A DNA stretch of 64,000 bases from positions 15,828 through 79,827 of IMG/VR virus record IMGVR_UViG_2684623153_000002; one strand, written 5' to 3'. Below, in pieces: positions 39,581 through 51,771 of this stretch. The notes under the pieces were generated by a model. It saw only the letters and a list, made by a program, of their open reading frames with translations. It ran no database searches and was not told the DNA's origin. Positions within the stretch are counted from its first letter, which is position 1. Each line of letters opens with the position of its first letter. The DNA comes from a virus. Lineage: Duplodnaviria; Caudoviricetes. The translations under genes were made by a program, and so were the position numbers.

Positions 39581-39897
39581 TCTGAAGCACCTACTTTTTG
39601 CATAGTTAATAGCTGCGTTAGTTGTTTTGATAATAAAGCATTTTGTTTCTTTAAAAGCTCAATATCACTTGGTGGGAGAGATGCTGGTTTTAGGCTATCA
39701 ATATACTCCTGTGTCGCTGATTCATACCATTGTTGTTTTTCTACATCAAATGCAGCTTTATAAAAAGAAGGATTATTGGGTGGTGCAATTGTTGTGCATT
39801 GATCTGGAATGACATAATTGCCTTCATCATCCCTTTCGAACACTTCGATAGGTCTGACCAATTCATTTTGATGATTGTATTCATAGGCTTGTATCAT
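39577..39897 (-). CDS. Tail fibre assembly/XkdW-position protein
   Basis: IPDQCTTIAPP..FYKAAFD..WYESAT; C-terminal coiled coil. Confidence 0.75.
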   Translation of the reverse strand: MIQAYEYNHQNELVRPIEVFERDDEGNYVIPDQCTTIAPPNNPSFYKAAFDVEKQQWYESATQEYIDSLKPASLPPSDIELLKKQNALLSKQLTQLLTMQKVGASE

Positions 39898-39909
39898 ATT
39901 ATCACTTCC

Positions 39910-41292
39910 TTAATTTAATGGGACGACTGTGTCTAAATAGTAGCCTGTTACTGCACTGTTATTCACTGCATGTAAACCGGTTAGTTTTAACTCTCCTGTC
40001 TTATATATATATAATTTACTATGACCCGTTGTACCTGATACTGGAACTGATACAACCATTCCTTTATCTGGTAAATTTAGTAAGCCCGTGATGGGAATCT
40101 TTCCACAGATCACTTCTCTATTTGCTATTAGGTGACCTCTCAACAATAATAAATTTCCCCATTTAGCATATTGAACTGGTCTGTCTCCAATAGAGGAACC
40201 ATTGTCTAATGTAACATTTAGCCACTGAACATTTTCAAAATCAGCATCAGTGACTATTCTTTTCCACCCTTTAAAGACACCATCAGTATGAACAGTACCA
40301 AACCAATGAGTGTTGTCATAACTTCTAATGACATGAATGCTCTTTCTACCATTTACAGTTTCTAAGATATCGATATTAAACCAAGAAGAATCATTATCGA
40401 CAGGCATATTTAAAACATTAGACCCTACAGCAAAGTAAAATCCTGATGGTAACGTTAAAATATCAGTTCCTATTGACATTGAAAGTCTTAGTCCCTTTGA
40501 ATTTAATAGATTATGGTCATTAAGGCGTTTCCAACCGCTCCATTCTTGTTGTGTACCTGTTACATCAGTTGTTGAACGGTTAATATAGACATCTCCTGTA
40601 TTGTTTGCACCAATGACCCATCCATAGGTATTTTCACTAAAGACAGACAAAGCCCTCATGGAACTTCTTGTCGGAAGATCTGGATGTGCTTCATGAATGT
40701 ACCATGAGTGAACCCCCGGCAATTTTATCAGCTTATCTAAAATACTAGGATCATCTGCATTAATTCTTTCATATGCTTTTCCATCGTCAGCCGTGATTTT
40801 AGACAATTGTCCTGCATCCCATTTGTTTTTTTCATTTTGTGTTGGCATTTGCACCCAGTTGATTCCAATGTCATTCACATGATAGGAAAAACAAAATGCA
40901 TTGCCTGATGTGTCAATTGCGATTCCTACGCCAATATTATTTTGACCAACAAGCTGAAAACCTCTTAAGGCAGCATTTCCTATAGCAGGAGAATCGACTA
41001 CTCCAGAAGGGGCATAGAATGAGCAGGTACCTAGTGCTTTAATTTCCTCATAGATACTGCCACCAGCAGGGATATTGATCAATTGAGATCCGTTATCATT
41101 TGTCAGTTTATATAGCTGGGATTCATTCCATTTCTTCTTTTCTGAACCAGAAACGTGAGGATTTGTATCTTCCGTATGAAGGTTGAATTGTTCTAGTAGT
41201 TCCTGGTCATTTTCGATCAAAATCTTCACTACATTGTTAAAGAGATCTGCATGAACCTTATCGCTCGTCCTAAAAGTTTGAGGTGTTTTTAT
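39910..41292 (-). CDS. Second tail-fibre/receptor-binding paralog; canonical start codon apparently lost
   Basis: N-terminus IKTPQTFRTSDKVHADLFN aligns with fibre 1 but only ATC/ATA follows the SD; first standard start is GTG at 41229. Confidence 0.7.
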   Translation of the reverse strand: MKTPQTFRTSDKVHADLFNNVVKILIENDQELLEQFNLHTEDTNPHVSGSEKKKWNESQLYKLTNDNGSQLINIPAGGSIYEEIKALGTCSFYAPSGVVDSPAIGNAALRGFQLVGQNNIGVGIAIDTSGNAFCFSYHVNDIGINWVQMPTQNEKNKWDAGQLSKITADDGKAYERINADDPSILDKLIKLPGVHSWYIHEAHPDLPTRSSMRALSVFSENTYGWVIGANNTGDVYINRSTTDVTGTQQEWSGWKRLNDHNLLNSKGLRLSMSIGTDILTLPSGFYFAVGSNVLNMPVDNDSSWFNIDILETVNGRKSIHVIRSYDNTHWFGTVHTDGVFKGWKRIVTDADFENVQWLNVTLDNGSSIGDRPVQYAKWGNLLLLRGHLIANREVICGKIPITGLLNLPDKGMVVSVPVSGTTGHSKLYIYKTGELKLTGLHAVNNSAVTGYYLDTVVPLN

Positions 41293-41341
41293 GATCTTTT
41301 TCTCCTTTCAAAAACCATTATTATATAGCCGATGTTATGCA

Positions 41342-41426
41342 TTGAACTTAAGTTCTCGTTCCTTTGTTGTATTATGCACATAAAACAGAATCCAGTGGGC
41401 CTTGTGTCTTTAAGTTTTGAACGACA
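41342..41426 (-). pseudogene. xhlA remnant
   Basis: Aligns to 39287-39388 with a 17-bp deletion. Confidence 0.8.
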
Positions 41427-41459
41427 AATTTGCTCACACACTTTCTTTTTCAAATAATT

Positions 41460-42665
41460 CTATCTTAGCTGTGACAAGGTAACATACGCTCTATTTACCG
41501 TAATCGTTCTACCAGTGTTTTTGGGTGTAATATAAAATGTTAACTTATCTCCCGCTTTAAACTTTTGTTGAAGGTATAATACACATATACTTGATGAGAT
41601 GACAGGATTCCAATTTCCAAATCGTTGAAATTCTGTTCCATTCACATAGCATGACAAAATACTATCTGAGCCAACAGTAATGTTATTGCTATTTAGGTAA
41701 AGTCTAATTAAATACAGACCACTGTTTTTCAAAGTAATTTCAGATCGTGAACGATTATATTCACCTAAATCATCTGACCTTGTTTCACCAAAATTTAATT
41801 TAGTTGGAACGTTCTCAACAGCTGATACAGAAGAATTATCAAGATCATACGTATCAACAAAAGAAGTATTATCCATATCCTCCTTTGTTAACACTCGTTT
41901 CCAGCCTTGCCACCCCAAATTTAAATCAAGATAGTTTGTATACATGTAATTGTTATAATCTATTGCCATAACCCATCCAAATGTCCCTTTTCCATTGCTA
42001 TCTTGAGAAGTAAAATGATACATACCTCGACACGATCTTGTTGTTGGGGTGTTTAGTGCTTTACCTGCGACATAAAATGTACCATGCCTTGGACCTAAAG
42101 AAACAATCTTTTCAAGTAGATCTTCACCATCGGAAACAGATAGAATCACCCCCCCATTATCTGAGGTAATCTTAGATAATTGTCCTTCATTCCATTTGTT
42201 TCTTTCAGAATTTGAAGGGAGCTTTGTCCAGTTAATAGCGGTATCTGCAGCATTATAGTAAAAACTATAAGCATTACCAGCAATATCTACAGCAAAACCA
42301 GTACCAATGTTATCTTGCCCTACTGTCTGTAATCCTCTCAATGAAATATTTGCCGGGGAATCTTCTACTCCAGAAGCTGCATAAAAAGTACACGTTCCTT
42401 TCCCTTTTATTGCATCAAAAATCCTGGCATCAGATGGTATATTAATTAACTGACTTCCATTATCTGCCGTAATCTTATAGCACTGAGAATCGTTCCATTT
42501 TTTCTTCTCTACTTCAGATGCATGTGGATTTGTATCTTTCATATGTTGATTGATTACCTCTAATAGACCCACATCATTGTAGAGAAAGTCTTCAACCATA
42601 TCATTAAATAGGTCAGCATGAGCTTTATCAGTTGGTTTAAAAGTTCGAGGTGCTTTAATCTCCAT
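41460..42665 (-). CDS. Tail fibre/receptor-binding protein (XkdV position)
   Basis: MEIKAPRTFKPTDKAHADLFN; HMKDTNPH repeat; C1q-like C-terminus. Confidence 0.82.
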   Translation of the reverse strand: MEIKAPRTFKPTDKAHADLFNDMVEDFLYNDVGLLEVINQHMKDTNPHASEVEKKKWNDSQCYKITADNGSQLINIPSDARIFDAIKGKGTCTFYAASGVEDSPANISLRGLQTVGQDNIGTGFAVDIAGNAYSFYYNAADTAINWTKLPSNSERNKWNEGQLSKITSDNGGVILSVSDGEDLLEKIVSLGPRHGTFYVAGKALNTPTTRSCRGMYHFTSQDSNGKGTFGWVMAIDYNNYMYTNYLDLNLGWQGWKRVLTKEDMDNTSFVDTYDLDNSSVSAVENVPTKLNFGETRSDDLGEYNRSRSEITLKNSGLYLIRLYLNSNNITVGSDSILSCYVNGTEFQRFGNWNPVISSSICVLYLQQKFKAGDKLTFYITPKNTGRTITVNRAYVTLSQLR

Positions 42666-42739
42666 GATCATTCTCCTTTCAAATCTATCATCGCTTGCTT
42701 TGACCGAAAACATTGGGATTATTTCCAGATATCCCATCT

Positions 42740-43123
42740 TTAATAAATATCATCAATCTCAAAAACAAATTCGATGTCGCCGTCTTTTTGTTTGTCTGTC
42801 ATGGTGCGGATGGCGGTGAATTTGCCGGCTTCGTCGACAAGTGCTAGTTCGTTGATGACTTCACCTGCAAGTTCTCCTTCGGCGATCGTGCAGGTGTAGC
42901 GGATTTTGGCTGGTTCCATGAAGGTAAATGAATCAATCTCTTTTTGGACGAGTTCTTTTTTGAGTTTTTGTTCAGTGCCGTCTAGTGAGATCGGTTTCCC
43001 ATCCTTCGTTCCGCCATTTCCAAATGCCATTTTGACGACTTTTGTGAGTTTTGTTCCTTCTGCTCTTGACTTTGCCATTTGTTGACGTGCATATAATGTT
43101 GTTACGGTTAATTGATCAGCCAT
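42740..43123 (-). CDS. Tail-collar/fibre anchor protein
   Basis: KMAFGNGG...INELALVDEAG. Confidence 0.8.
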   Translation of the reverse strand: MADQLTVTTLYARQQMAKSRAEGTKLTKVVKMAFGNGGTKDGKPISLDGTEQKLKKELVQKEIDSFTFMEPAKIRYTCTIAEGELAGEVINELALVDEAGKFTAIRTMTDKQKDGDIEFVFEIDDIY

Positions 43124-43134
43124 TGTGATCCTCC

Positions 43135-44058
43135 TTATAGCTCTATTTTTTGAGAAGTAGCTGCTAGCATTTTTGATCCGTCCAGCGGAACCGATCCATC
43201 GAGAATCCAGTAATGATCCTTAATCAGTAAGCTGCCGCCCTGTTCAGTTTGGACATGTACTGGCAATCGGAACGTCATTTTCTTTTTGGTTTGATGTGAC
43301 AGCTGGCTTTTTGTGCGTAATGTCAGTGCCGCTTTTTGCCTTGTTTCATGTACCGCTCCAGTCATGACATAATTCATTCGGTATGTGTTCTCTGACTTAT
43401 GCTGAAGGGGCATTCTCAACTTCAACGAATGCCGAAAACGAGTCGGAACCTCTGTTGTCCCTCGTGTTCCGCTCAGATAAAACGTACCATTTAATACAAA
43501 TTCACCATTGAGTAAAATCGGAATATGATCGAAAAAACCCACTCTGCTTCGCAGTGTGAGCCTCCCGTGATGATCATTTTTTTCATGTACATCGGTATGA
43601 TGAAATGCAGTGAATGTATAAGCCAAATGAGCTGGCTTTAACGTTTCAAGTATTTCTACAATATATCTAGTGTTTTGCAGATCATCTAGGTTCACACGTA
43701 AGGCGAAATGATAGCGATTGGTGGTCAGACGGATGATGGCACTTGGATTTTTGAGAAAGCGATTCACCGATTTCTCTAAAGAAAGATACGTGATCGGTGG
43801 AATGTTTGACATCATATTGAGTAAGCGTGCTCTGCGAAGTTCAATGGAATCATCTGATTCTCGCTGCGCCTTCAGCATTCTTTCCCATCTATTCAATCCC
43901 CATGTTGCTGTCAAAGGGAAGAACTGATCCGTTAAATCGAAAATGGATTCATCCAATTGCTCAAACTCTGGCGCTTCTGTTTTGAGCAGGTGATCGACTT
44001 CATAAATCTCTGTAAAATATGGCGGCAAGTAGTCTTTCATTTCATCCTGTTTGCTCAA
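43135..44058 (-). CDS. xkdU: Baseplate protein, XkdU/YmfQ family
   Basis: TATWGLNRWE, LKPAHL. Confidence 0.87.
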   Translation of the reverse strand: MSKQDEMKDYLPPYFTEIYEVDHLLKTEAPEFEQLDESIFDLTDQFFPLTATWGLNRWERMLKAQRESDDSIELRRARLLNMMSNIPPITYLSLEKSVNRFLKNPSAIIRLTTNRYHFALRVNLDDLQNTRYIVEILETLKPAHLAYTFTAFHHTDVHEKNDHHGRLTLRSRVGFFDHIPILLNGEFVLNGTFYLSGTRGTTEVPTRFRHSLKLRMPLQHKSENTYRMNYVMTGAVHETRQKAALTLRTKSQLSHQTKKKMTFRLPVHVQTEQGGSLLIKDHYWILDGSVPLDGSKMLAATSQKIEL

Positions 44059-45091
44059 TAACCTTCACCTGCCTCAGACGCGGTATCTCAATGTCCTGTA
44101 ACACTAAGTTTTTTGACTCTCCATTCAATAACACGTTTGCATAATCTGATACACTTTCTGAATGGTACAGAATGTCATTTAATGCGGACATTCGAATGGT
44201 ACTCTTTTCAAATGCGATTGATTTCAACAGCGCTTTGACCTTTTCTTCTATTTCTTTCTGCGCTCCTTCAAGGGTCCAGTCCATTTGAAGTTCGACGGAT
44301 ACTTCTATATCAATATCCAGCCATTTGGCGCTTTCGACAGTCGCTTTTGAACCGATAGGCGCTTGTCCTTCTCCTTCGCCTGGTACTGGGTCGATGTATT
44401 CCTGTACTCTTTTAACAAGAAGATCTGATGCAACATCTAGATTGCCGTCTGTGATGACAATTTTGACTGTTCCTTCTCCATTCCAAAGCGGGAATACCTT
44501 CGCTCTGCCAACTCCTGTCACTTCCTCAGCCCATTTTTTATAATGCGCCTTGTTGGCACTGACAGCCTCCCGCCTAGCACGTATTAAGTAACGATCGTAT
44601 AACGAAGCGTCATCTTCTTCCTCTTGTCCGGGTATCACCAAATCTTTCATGATAATTGACTCTAGCCCCGGGATTGTATCAAGTGAAAGCAACGGCTGAT
44701 CTGTTAATTGACCATTGCCGATCTTGCCAGGTGTCTCGCATTCTAGCGTGCCATCAATCGAATATTGGAAATAGACGTCTTCAATAAAAAAACGTGAGCC
44801 AGCTGGAATGTTGATATCGTTAGGCTGAATAGCTACGGACCAAACCGCTTTAGTCGCTGGTTTTCTTTCAATTCCTACTTCAGCGGCCCGCCGATCTAGA
44901 AACTCTCCTTGTGCTGTATCTGCAAAGACCAGCTCGAATACTTGATCAAGCCAAATATAGGACTGGGCCAATTCAGCGGCAGCAGGTGCCAAGGCATTCC
45001 AAATGACACTGTTTTCTCTTTTATCTATGTCATCCGGCAGTCTGTCTAGCATTCTTTCCATTAATGCTTCGTACGTTTGTTCCTCAAACAT
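44042..45091 (-). CDS. xkdT: Baseplate J-like protein
   Basis: [18 protein letters not shown]. Confidence 0.92.
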   Translation of the reverse strand: MFEEQTYEALMERMLDRLPDDIDKRENSVIWNALAPAAAELAQSYIWLDQVFELVFADTAQGEFLDRRAAEVGIERKPATKAVWSVAIQPNDINIPAGSRFFIEDVYFQYSIDGTLECETPGKIGNGQLTDQPLLSLDTIPGLESIIMKDLVIPGQEEEDDASLYDRYLIRARREAVSANKAHYKKWAEEVTGVGRAKVFPLWNGEGTVKIVITDGNLDVASDLLVKRVQEYIDPVPGEGEGQAPIGSKATVESAKWLDIDIEVSVELQMDWTLEGAQKEIEEKVKALLKSIAFEKSTIRMSALNDILYHSESVSDYANVLLNGESKNLVLQDIEIPRLRQVKVIEQTG

Positions 45092-45515
45092 CGCTCTCCA
45101 TCACCTCCTCTATTTCTAATGTGCCTTCATCTGTGACAATAGCTAGCTTGACATGAAACGAGTCATTTTCCTTTGTGACCTCTATCTCTTCAATATGATC
45201 AATCCGTTCGTCGACAATTAATGCTTCCTCTAGCAGCCTCGGAATCTCCATTTCTTTGTATTCATCCGTGGCTTCTGTATCCGTTAAAAGCTCCTGAATT
45301 TCAGTGCCAATGTCGTGGCTGTAGATAGGATGTGCATACCGCTCTGTCCTAAGTGTCATATAAACGAATTGACGAATTGCTTCAATGCCTGAAATGGTTT
45401 CACCTGTCAATCTGCCAGTTTCGACATCTATTCGATATGTCGTCGAGGTTTCCACCTCTTCGTCTTCTTCTGTTTCCTCAATTTCTTCCTCTGGTGAAAG
45501 TGCCACGTTCATCAC
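45084..45515 (-). CDS. xkdS: Baseplate wedge protein
   Basis: [16 protein letters not shown]. Confidence 0.88.
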   Translation of the reverse strand: MMNVALSPEEEIEETEEDEEVETSTTYRIDVETGRLTGETISGIEAIRQFVYMTLRTERYAHPIYSHDIGTEIQELLTDTEATDEYKEMEIPRLLEEALIVDERIDHIEEIEVTKENDSFHVKLAIVTDEGTLEIEEVMESDV

Positions 45516-45520
45516 CTCCC

Positions 45521-45787
45521 TTACAATTTGTCGATGATGTAGAAGGATTGCCCTCCTGCCATTGCCAGCACCATAATGCTGTCACCCCTTTTCAGTTCAT
45601 CTTCCTCACCCTTATTTAGGCGCTTTGGCCAAATCAGTAATTCTTCCGGAATGATCAGTTTATGGTTTTCATTTAACCGGATGCTTACAGGAGAAACTGC
45701 CGTGACTTCTCCAACCACCAGATCAATTGGAGAGGCAGCGTCTACAGCATTCACTGCTAATCGTTTAATCGCTTCACTTAACCTCAC
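45521..45787 (-). CDS. xkdR: Spike-like protein
   Basis: GEVTAVSP...[10 protein letters not shown]. Confidence 0.85.
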   Translation of the reverse strand: MRLSEAIKRLAVNAVDAASPIDLVVGEVTAVSPVSIRLNENHKLIIPEELLIWPKRLNKGEEDELKRGDSIMVLAMAGGQSFYIIDKL

Positions 45788-46794
45788 GCTTGATCACCCT
45801 TTGGAATGGAGTTTTTCTCAACGACATCAATTGTCATGGTGTGTTTCACGCCACTAAATTCATGTTTGTCTTGATCGATCCAGTACGTTTTTTTCACGTC
45901 GATTTCAGGGATTTTCAAATAGATTGGAAGACCGCTTTGCAGATCAGGAATGCCTAGCGCTTGGATGCTTTTGACCTCTTGTTTCACACCTTTTTTCTCT
46001 GCCAGCCGTACTTTGGCTCTTTTTTGCAGCTGCGGCTGGTTAATTTGCCCTGTAACCGTCTCAACATGCTGTAAAATGCCGTATTTACTCTGACCTGCTT
46101 TATCCTGTTCGACCACTACAATCTCTGATTTGCTGCCTTTTTTCTTATTTTTCCCCTGTTCATCTGCAGACGTGCGCAGCTTGACACGAGTGGCTGTTTC
46201 TTCAATCGAGGTGCTGTACTGATAGCCAATGAGATTGACACCTGATTCAATGACCCATACGTCCTCTGGATCTGGCCAAGCTCTCAGCCCCATCTTTCCT
46301 TTAGTAGAATAGATTTGATAGTTTCTGCCCGTTTGCCGCTTTGTTTCTTTTAATGCTTTCAGAATCATGTCATATAGGCTCGTATCATTTTTAAACACTA
46401 GTGATTTGATGACATGACCTGTATTGGCGATAGAGGTCATTGGGATTTGAAAGTCAGCCCCAATCCGTCTCAAGATTTGATCTGCTCTTTGTTTTGAAAA
46501 AACATAGACATCTTGGTTTTTCACCAAATATTGAAGCATGTCGTATGCGGTAAAGGTCAGTTTCCCTTCAACAGGCGTCCGAGAAAACACAATGCCTCTG
46601 AATAACTCTTTTCCTTTCCATTTAAAAAGAACCGTGTCCCCTTCTGAGACACGGTAATATGTTTGACTGCCTTGCTTAGTGATAATATTTGCTTGAATAG
46701 AGCGAGGGGCTTGATACCTTTGCCCCTGAAGTGTCACACTCTCTGTGACAAGCTCATACATGGTGCCGCTTCTGATGGCAAAAAGCTCGATCAA
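45784..46794 (-). CDS. xkdQ: Baseplate hub protein
   Basis: TAYDMLQYLVKN; synteny. Confidence 0.88.
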   Translation of the reverse strand: MIELFAIRSGTMYELVTESVTLQGQRYQAPRSIQANIITKQGSQTYYRVSEGDTVLFKWKGKELFRGIVFSRTPVEGKLTFTAYDMLQYLVKNQDVYVFSKQRADQILRRIGADFQIPMTSIANTGHVIKSLVFKNDTSLYDMILKALKETKRQTGRNYQIYSTKGKMGLRAWPDPEDVWVIESGVNLIGYQYSTSIEETATRVKLRTSADEQGKNKKKGSKSEIVVVEQDKAGQSKYGILQHVETVTGQINQPQLQKRAKVRLAEKKGVKQEVKSIQALGIPDLQSGLPIYLKIPEIDVKKTYWIDQDKHEFSGVKHTMTIDVVEKNSIPKGDQA

Positions 46795-46805
46795 TGCCAG
46801 CCCCC

Positions 46806-47477
46806 CTATTGTGGTATTTTTAACCTTTGTCCAGGGAAAATCCAATGCCCCGGCTGCTTAATATTGCGTTTGCTCCGTTTAATCATCGCTAATTTGTTGG
46901 CATTCCAAATACGCCGCCATTTTGTACTGTCGCCATAAAACCTTCCTGATATGGCCCATAGCGTATCCCCTTTTTTGACGGTGTACATTTTTGGTGGTGT
47001 TTTTGAAGGCCGTTTCTTTTTCGTTTGTTTTGCTTTTTTCTTTCGTTTGATTTTCCTAGGCGATGCGGTTTTGTATTCCTTTAACTCGATCGTAAATTCA
47101 CGATCGCCAATATCATATGACCCTTCTTTATGGGTGAAGCTTTCAATGCTGCACGTCATATTGATTTTTGTCCCCGTTACAATCAGCCGCACAGACTTCT
47201 TTGAACGCATCATTCGTTCTATTTTCGCTATCGCATTCTCCGGTGATGGAATGCTTTTATATTCAGCAATTGGCGAATATTTCTTAGGAAATAATGAAGT
47301 GAATGATACTTGCTTAGCCGATGGGACATCAATAAAGGTTAGTTCTCCAAAAGAGGCAACCTTTACCGTTTCATTTTGTACGTTATTTGTGATTTCAAGT
47401 TCGGATGGAAGGACAGGGAATCGCAACTTGTCCTTTCCTTGGGAAATCCACAATTGATACACTGATTTACCCATCAA
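46806..47477 (-). CDS. xkdP: LysM-domain tail protein
   Basis: [13 protein letters not shown]...[10 protein letters not shown]. Confidence 0.92.
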   Translation of the reverse strand: MMGKSVYQLWISQGKDKLRFPVLPSELEITNNVQNETVKVASFGELTFIDVPSAKQVSFTSLFPKKYSPIAEYKSIPSPENAIAKIERMMRSKKSVRLIVTGTKINMTCSIESFTHKEGSYDIGDREFTIELKEYKTASPRKIKRKKKAKQTKKKRPSKTPPKMYTVKKGDTLWAISGRFYGDSTKWRRIWNANKLAMIKRSKRNIKQPGHWIFPGQRLKIPQ

Positions 47478-50400
47478 TCACGACCCCCTTCGTTCCTGTA
47501 TGAAGCTCTACTTCCAGTTCATCTACGAGCATTTGTCTAATTTTTTCGACAAGCGATTGCTGATCTTGTCCATTATGGAAATGCTGGTCTCCATTGAATT
47601 GAATCGTGATTTGTTTATTACCTGGCGATGCAGTACGACTAGAAGACTGAACTGAGGTGACTTGCTGCATCTGTGATTCTGATAAAGGAGCAGATGCATT
47701 TGCTGGATCATATACTTGCATCCCAAGTGCCTTGGCTGCCTGCGCTAATAAATACCTTCCGCGAATGCCTCTTTCTTCAGGTATGATCCATTCGCGTTTG
47801 TTTCCTTCACCGACTCTAGCAACCTGCTCCTGAGTAATCAGTCCGCCATTTGCGTAGCCCTTATAAGGCCCGCCTCTTCTCATACTTCGTAATCCCGGTG
47901 TATTGAAGACTGTTCCATATCTGCCCTTAATGTAGTTAATGGCTGCTACGGCATTATGAATTGGGTTCCAAATGTCATTCATGCCTTTGCCTTTATTGGA
48001 GTTAAACGTTGGTCCAATGGTTTGCATTAAGCCTTTAGAAGGCGTTCCCTTCTTGGCGTTTGAATCCCATAAGTTGATTGCTCTCGGATTTCCACGCGAC
48101 TCATTCTGTGCGATGGTCATCAAACCTGGGAGCCAGCTCATTGATGTACCAGTTGCCATGATAGCCGCCATGAGCCATTGTTTTATATTAAGCCCTGAAG
48201 CTCCCATACCGCTGAAAGCGCCGATTAATGAACCAGCCTGATTTTCAGCAAATTTTTTCACATCCACTGAGTCGAGTCCTTTGACGACACCGATCGATGC
48301 GAATTTCCCAAGACTCATCATCACGCGTGAAGGGGAATGAATGTCTAATTCCTCTCTAAACGCCTGCTCTACTTTCTTCGCCATTTCTTTGGCAGCTTGT
48401 GTGACTTCACTAGCTTTTGAACGCATGCCGTTGTTAAAGGCATCCATCATTCCTGATCCCCAGCCCGGCGATTCTTGTTTTGCTTGTAGAAATGGTTGTT
48501 TGATGTGCTGATCTACGTATTGGCTAGTACCAACTGATGTGGCATTTTGGCCTGTGGCAAAACCACTAACCGTTCCAGAACCCCAAGTTGGTGATGCTGT
48601 CATCACTTGTTGGTATGGTGCTTTTACACGACTTTGCAAAAAGCTGTCTGTTCCTGTTGGTGTCACCTGCTGACCATTCGCAAAAGCAGCAACTGTCTGC
48701 TGACCATACTTACCTGAGTCTGAGGTCAATTGACCAAAAGGCTGCTGAATATTCTTTTGTTTCCATTGATCAAGTGTAATCACTTTTTGATTTAATCCTT
48801 GTTCAAAATCCTTATTAAATTGCTCGCCTATGCTGGAGGCTTGAATGTTTCCAGTCATCGAAACCGATCCGTCTATTGAACCGACAGAAGATGATGAAGC
48901 TACTGCTGTAGGAGCTGGAGAGCTTGATACTTGATTTCCAGCTGCTCCGCTTGGCATAACAGACATTCCAAGATGAGAAGCAGCCTGAGCAAGCAGCATC
49001 TTCCCGCGTCCTCGGTTATTTTGAGTTGGAATGACAAATTCGTTACCTGCTTCACCGACCCATGATAGGGTTGGCTGGGTGATATAGCCGCCTGTGGCAT
49101 TGTTATCGGGTTTTTTCTTCCCAACAATCCAATTGATGACTACATCTACAATACCGCCTGCTTTGTCAAAAATCTTTTTAACCCAACCAAACGCTGCAGA
49201 AAACCCATCACCAATAGCTTCAGCTACTTTTACAATCGGCTTTTGAATGTTGTCCTCAAACCATTTGGATAATCCATCCCATATATCTGTCACCAATTTA
49301 TACGCTTCTTCAAACTTTTTACCGAAACTGTCTTTAATGGTTCCTACCGTATCTACAAGTGGATTCCACACATTTTCCATAAACCATGTCGATACAGCTC
49401 CAAAGATTAATTGTATCTTTTTCCATGCATTTGATAATGCTGTCCAAATCCCTGTAGCGACTGTAACAACTGCACTGCTCAGTGGTGTCCAAACGTTTTC
49501 AATAAACCAACCCGCTACTGCACTGAACGTTTCTTGAATCCATGTCCATGCATTGACTAGGCTTGACCATATGGTCGTTGCTACCGTAATGACTGTGTCG
49601 CTGAGCGGTGTCCAAACGTTTTCGATAAACCAGCCTGCTACTGCACTAAATGTTTCTTGAATCCATGTCCATGCATTGACTAGACTTGTCCATATGGTCG
49701 TTGCTACCGTAACGACTGTGTCGCTGAGCGGTGTCCAAACGTTTTCGATAAACCAGCCCGCTACTGCACTGAAGGTTTCTTGGATCCATGTCCATGCATT
49801 GACTAAACTTGACCAAATGGATGACGCTACTGTGACAACCGTACTGCTTAATGGCGTCCATACATTTTCTGTGAACCAAGCCGCGACTGTTGACCAAACT
49901 TCGACAATTTGATTTTTGATTTCAATGGCTTTTTGGCCAATCTTTTCAAATCCGCCGCCATCAAACCATTTTCCAATTGTTTCACCGATAGATTCTCCGC
50001 CCATACTTCCAGCGATGCCGCCTACTAGACCGCCGATGGCTGTACCTATCCCTGGGACTACGCTTCCAATAGCTGCACCTGCTGCAGCACCTGCCATTCC
50101 GCCGGCGATGCCGCCTCCAGTCGTCCCAATCTTTTCACCAGCATTATCTTTGTTCATACCGATTAGATTTGTTGCACTAAGTACACTTCCTAGAATAGGT
50201 ACTTTCTTTAATAACTTGCCGCTCCCTTTCCCTATACTTTTCATCGCTTTCCCTAATCCACTTAACCCCTTGCTACCTTTCACTAAACCCGTAAGTCCTC
50301 CAGCTGAAGCTGCGATACCCGCACCTTTCTTTAGTCCATTAGGGATTTTCCCAAATAATTTACCTGCATTAGTTTTCAACTTCCCTAATCTACTTGGAGG

Positions 50401-51588
50401 TCTTCTATTCATTTCGGCCCTTGATGTAGCATTTGGATTTCTTGTCTGTCTTGGTGAGCGACCATTTCGATTTTTAGTTTTCGTAGATCCTCCCCTGCTT
50501 AAACCTCTTGCACAACAGGGGCAACAACTATTACGAAACAAGCCTTTTCCACCTCGTGACTGAGGTTTCGTTTTGGGAGCTGGATTTGATGGTGTTGATG
50601 TTGGTGTTGATGTTGGTGCTGTTGTTGGCGCTGTTGTTGGTGCCTGAGTGGTACTTTCACTTGATTGATCACTTACACCTAAGAACCGATCTAATACATT
50701 AGTCACCAATTGATCTAGTTTTTTTTCAGGATTAAATTTAATTTTCTCTTTAATTCTTCCGATCACATCTTGCTTGTACTCTTCTATTTTATTTTCAACC
50801 CAAGGAAGTGCCTTTTCATCCCAAAACTTTCTAGGACTCAATTTTTCCTTCACTTTATCTGCAACGTCACCTGCATATTTTTGAATTTCACTTAATCCCT
50901 TATTGGCAAGGTTCTGGATCCAGCTCTGTTTAGGATCTTCCGTTTTCACTGACGGACTAACAGCCTCAGGTTCTTTTTTTATGTTTTGTTCTTTCACAAC
51001 TGACTCTGCTTGATCTCGTTTTTTCAACTTACTCTTTGCATTGTCTTGAACAGACACTCTGATTTCGTGTTTAGACATCGTCAAACTTTTGAGTGTCTTT
51101 TTGATTCGTTGAATTGCAGCGGTGGCTTGGTCAACCATGTTTAATCTCATATAGTACGTTCTGTTCATGAGCTGATAGATAGATTTTTTTACCTCTGACA
51201 TTTTACCTGACAATTGATCGTTTAGTTTAAACGTCAGCATAATGGGGTTTGTTCCCGCTTGCTTTAAACGATTTAAACTGGATTTCATGACATCTAGCCC
51301 CTTCGCTTGAATGGATATGACCAAGTGATTTGGGAGCATATTTAACTGATTGTTTAACGCTTTAAGATCACGAAAGATTCCTTGATCCAGTCTCATTGAA
51401 ATCACTGACATTTTCCGAAGCGATAAACTGAAGTTTTTTAATTTCTTGTCATCTAAATCCAGGTTTATTTTCACCGGTTTTCTAAATGGTTTGAGCTTCT
51501 TCTCAAATGTTTGAAATCGCTTTTGTATTCGCAGCAGCTTCTTCGATACTTTGTCTTCTAATTCAAATCGTGCAGTGAGTTTCGCCAA
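47467..51588 (-). CDS. xkdO: Tape measure protein with lytic transglycosylase domain
   Basis: 1373 aa; [24 protein letters not shown] motif. Confidence 0.93.
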   Translation of the reverse strand: MAKLTARFELEDKVSKKLLRIQKRFQTFEKKLKPFRKPVKINLDLDDKKLKNFSLSLRKMSVISMRLDQGIFRDLKALNNQLNMLPNHLVISIQAKGLDVMKSSLNRLKQAGTNPIMLTFKLNDQLSGKMSEVKKSIYQLMNRTYYMRLNMVDQATAAIQRIKKTLKSLTMSKHEIRVSVQDNAKSKLKKRDQAESVVKEQNIKKEPEAVSPSVKTEDPKQSWIQNLANKGLSEIQKYAGDVADKVKEKLSPRKFWDEKALPWVENKIEEYKQDVIGRIKEKIKFNPEKKLDQLVTNVLDRFLGVSDQSSESTTQAPTTAPTTAPTSTPTSTPSNPAPKTKPQSRGGKGLFRNSCCPCCARGLSRGGSTKTKNRNGRSPRQTRNPNATSRAEMNRRPPSRLGKLKTNAGKLFGKIPNGLKKGAGIAASAGGLTGLVKGSKGLSGLGKAMKSIGKGSGKLLKKVPILGSVLSATNLIGMNKDNAGEKIGTTGGGIAGGMAGAAAGAAIGSVVPGIGTAIGGLVGGIAGSMGGESIGETIGKWFDGGGFEKIGQKAIEIKNQIVEVWSTVAAWFTENVWTPLSSTVVTVASSIWSSLVNAWTWIQETFSAVAGWFIENVWTPLSDTVVTVATTIWTSLVNAWTWIQETFSAVAGWFIENVWTPLSDTVITVATTIWSSLVNAWTWIQETFSAVAGWFIENVWTPLSSAVVTVATGIWTALSNAWKKIQLIFGAVSTWFMENVWNPLVDTVGTIKDSFGKKFEEAYKLVTDIWDGLSKWFEDNIQKPIVKVAEAIGDGFSAAFGWVKKIFDKAGGIVDVVINWIVGKKKPDNNATGGYITQPTLSWVGEAGNEFVIPTQNNRGRGKMLLAQAASHLGMSVMPSGAAGNQVSSSPAPTAVASSSSVGSIDGSVSMTGNIQASSIGEQFNKDFEQGLNQKVITLDQWKQKNIQQPFGQLTSDSGKYGQQTVAAFANGQQVTPTGTDSFLQSRVKAPYQQVMTASPTWGSGTVSGFATGQNATSVGTSQYVDQHIKQPFLQAKQESPGWGSGMMDAFNNGMRSKASEVTQAAKEMAKKVEQAFREELDIHSPSRVMMSLGKFASIGVVKGLDSVDVKKFAENQAGSLIGAFSGMGASGLNIKQWLMAAIMATGTSMSWLPGLMTIAQNESRGNPRAINLWDSNAKKGTPSKGLMQTIGPTFNSNKGKGMNDIWNPIHNAVAAINYIKGRYGTVFNTPGLRSMRRGGPYKGYANGGLITQEQVARVGEGNKREWIIPEERGIRGRYLLAQAAKALGMQVYDPANASAPLSESQMQQVTSVQSSSRTASPGNKQITIQFNGDQHFHNGQDQQSLVEKIRQMLVDELEVELHTGTKGVVIDG
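49380..49900 (-). repeat. 120-bp (40-aa) tandem repeats in tape measure gene
   Basis: About 4 copies of [36 protein letters not shown]. Confidence 0.88.
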
Positions 51589-51771
51589 TTATTTCCCTCC
51601 TTTCTTTGCTTCTTTTTCTAGCATGTCTAGCTTGTAGCTGATGAGTCCGAATAGGAGTGCTTTGAACGGTCTTGGTGATTCGTATAAATCTAGGAGTTCA
51701 GATGGGGAGTAGTGAAGCTCGTGCATGGCGTAATATAAAAACACGGCTTCTTTATCCCCATCTTTTATTAG
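51589..51771 (-). CDS. -1 frameshift extension of XkdN
   Basis: A AAA AAC at 51777-51771; -1 frame KLIKDGDKEAVFLYYAMHELHYSPSEL...* conserved with the 2025-2204 copy. Confidence 0.8.
   Translation of the reverse strand, partial: LIKDGDKEAVFLYYAMHELHYSPSELLDLYESPRPFKALLFGLISYKLDMLEKEAKKGGK

Noticed and set aside
39910-42737. DGR or invertase-driven fibre switching
   Set aside because: No reverse transcriptase, TR/VR pair, invertase or inverted cassette visible in the window
46951-50563. Long plus-strand ORFs 46951..47457 and 49916..50563
   Set aside because: Antisense shadows of xkdP and xkdO
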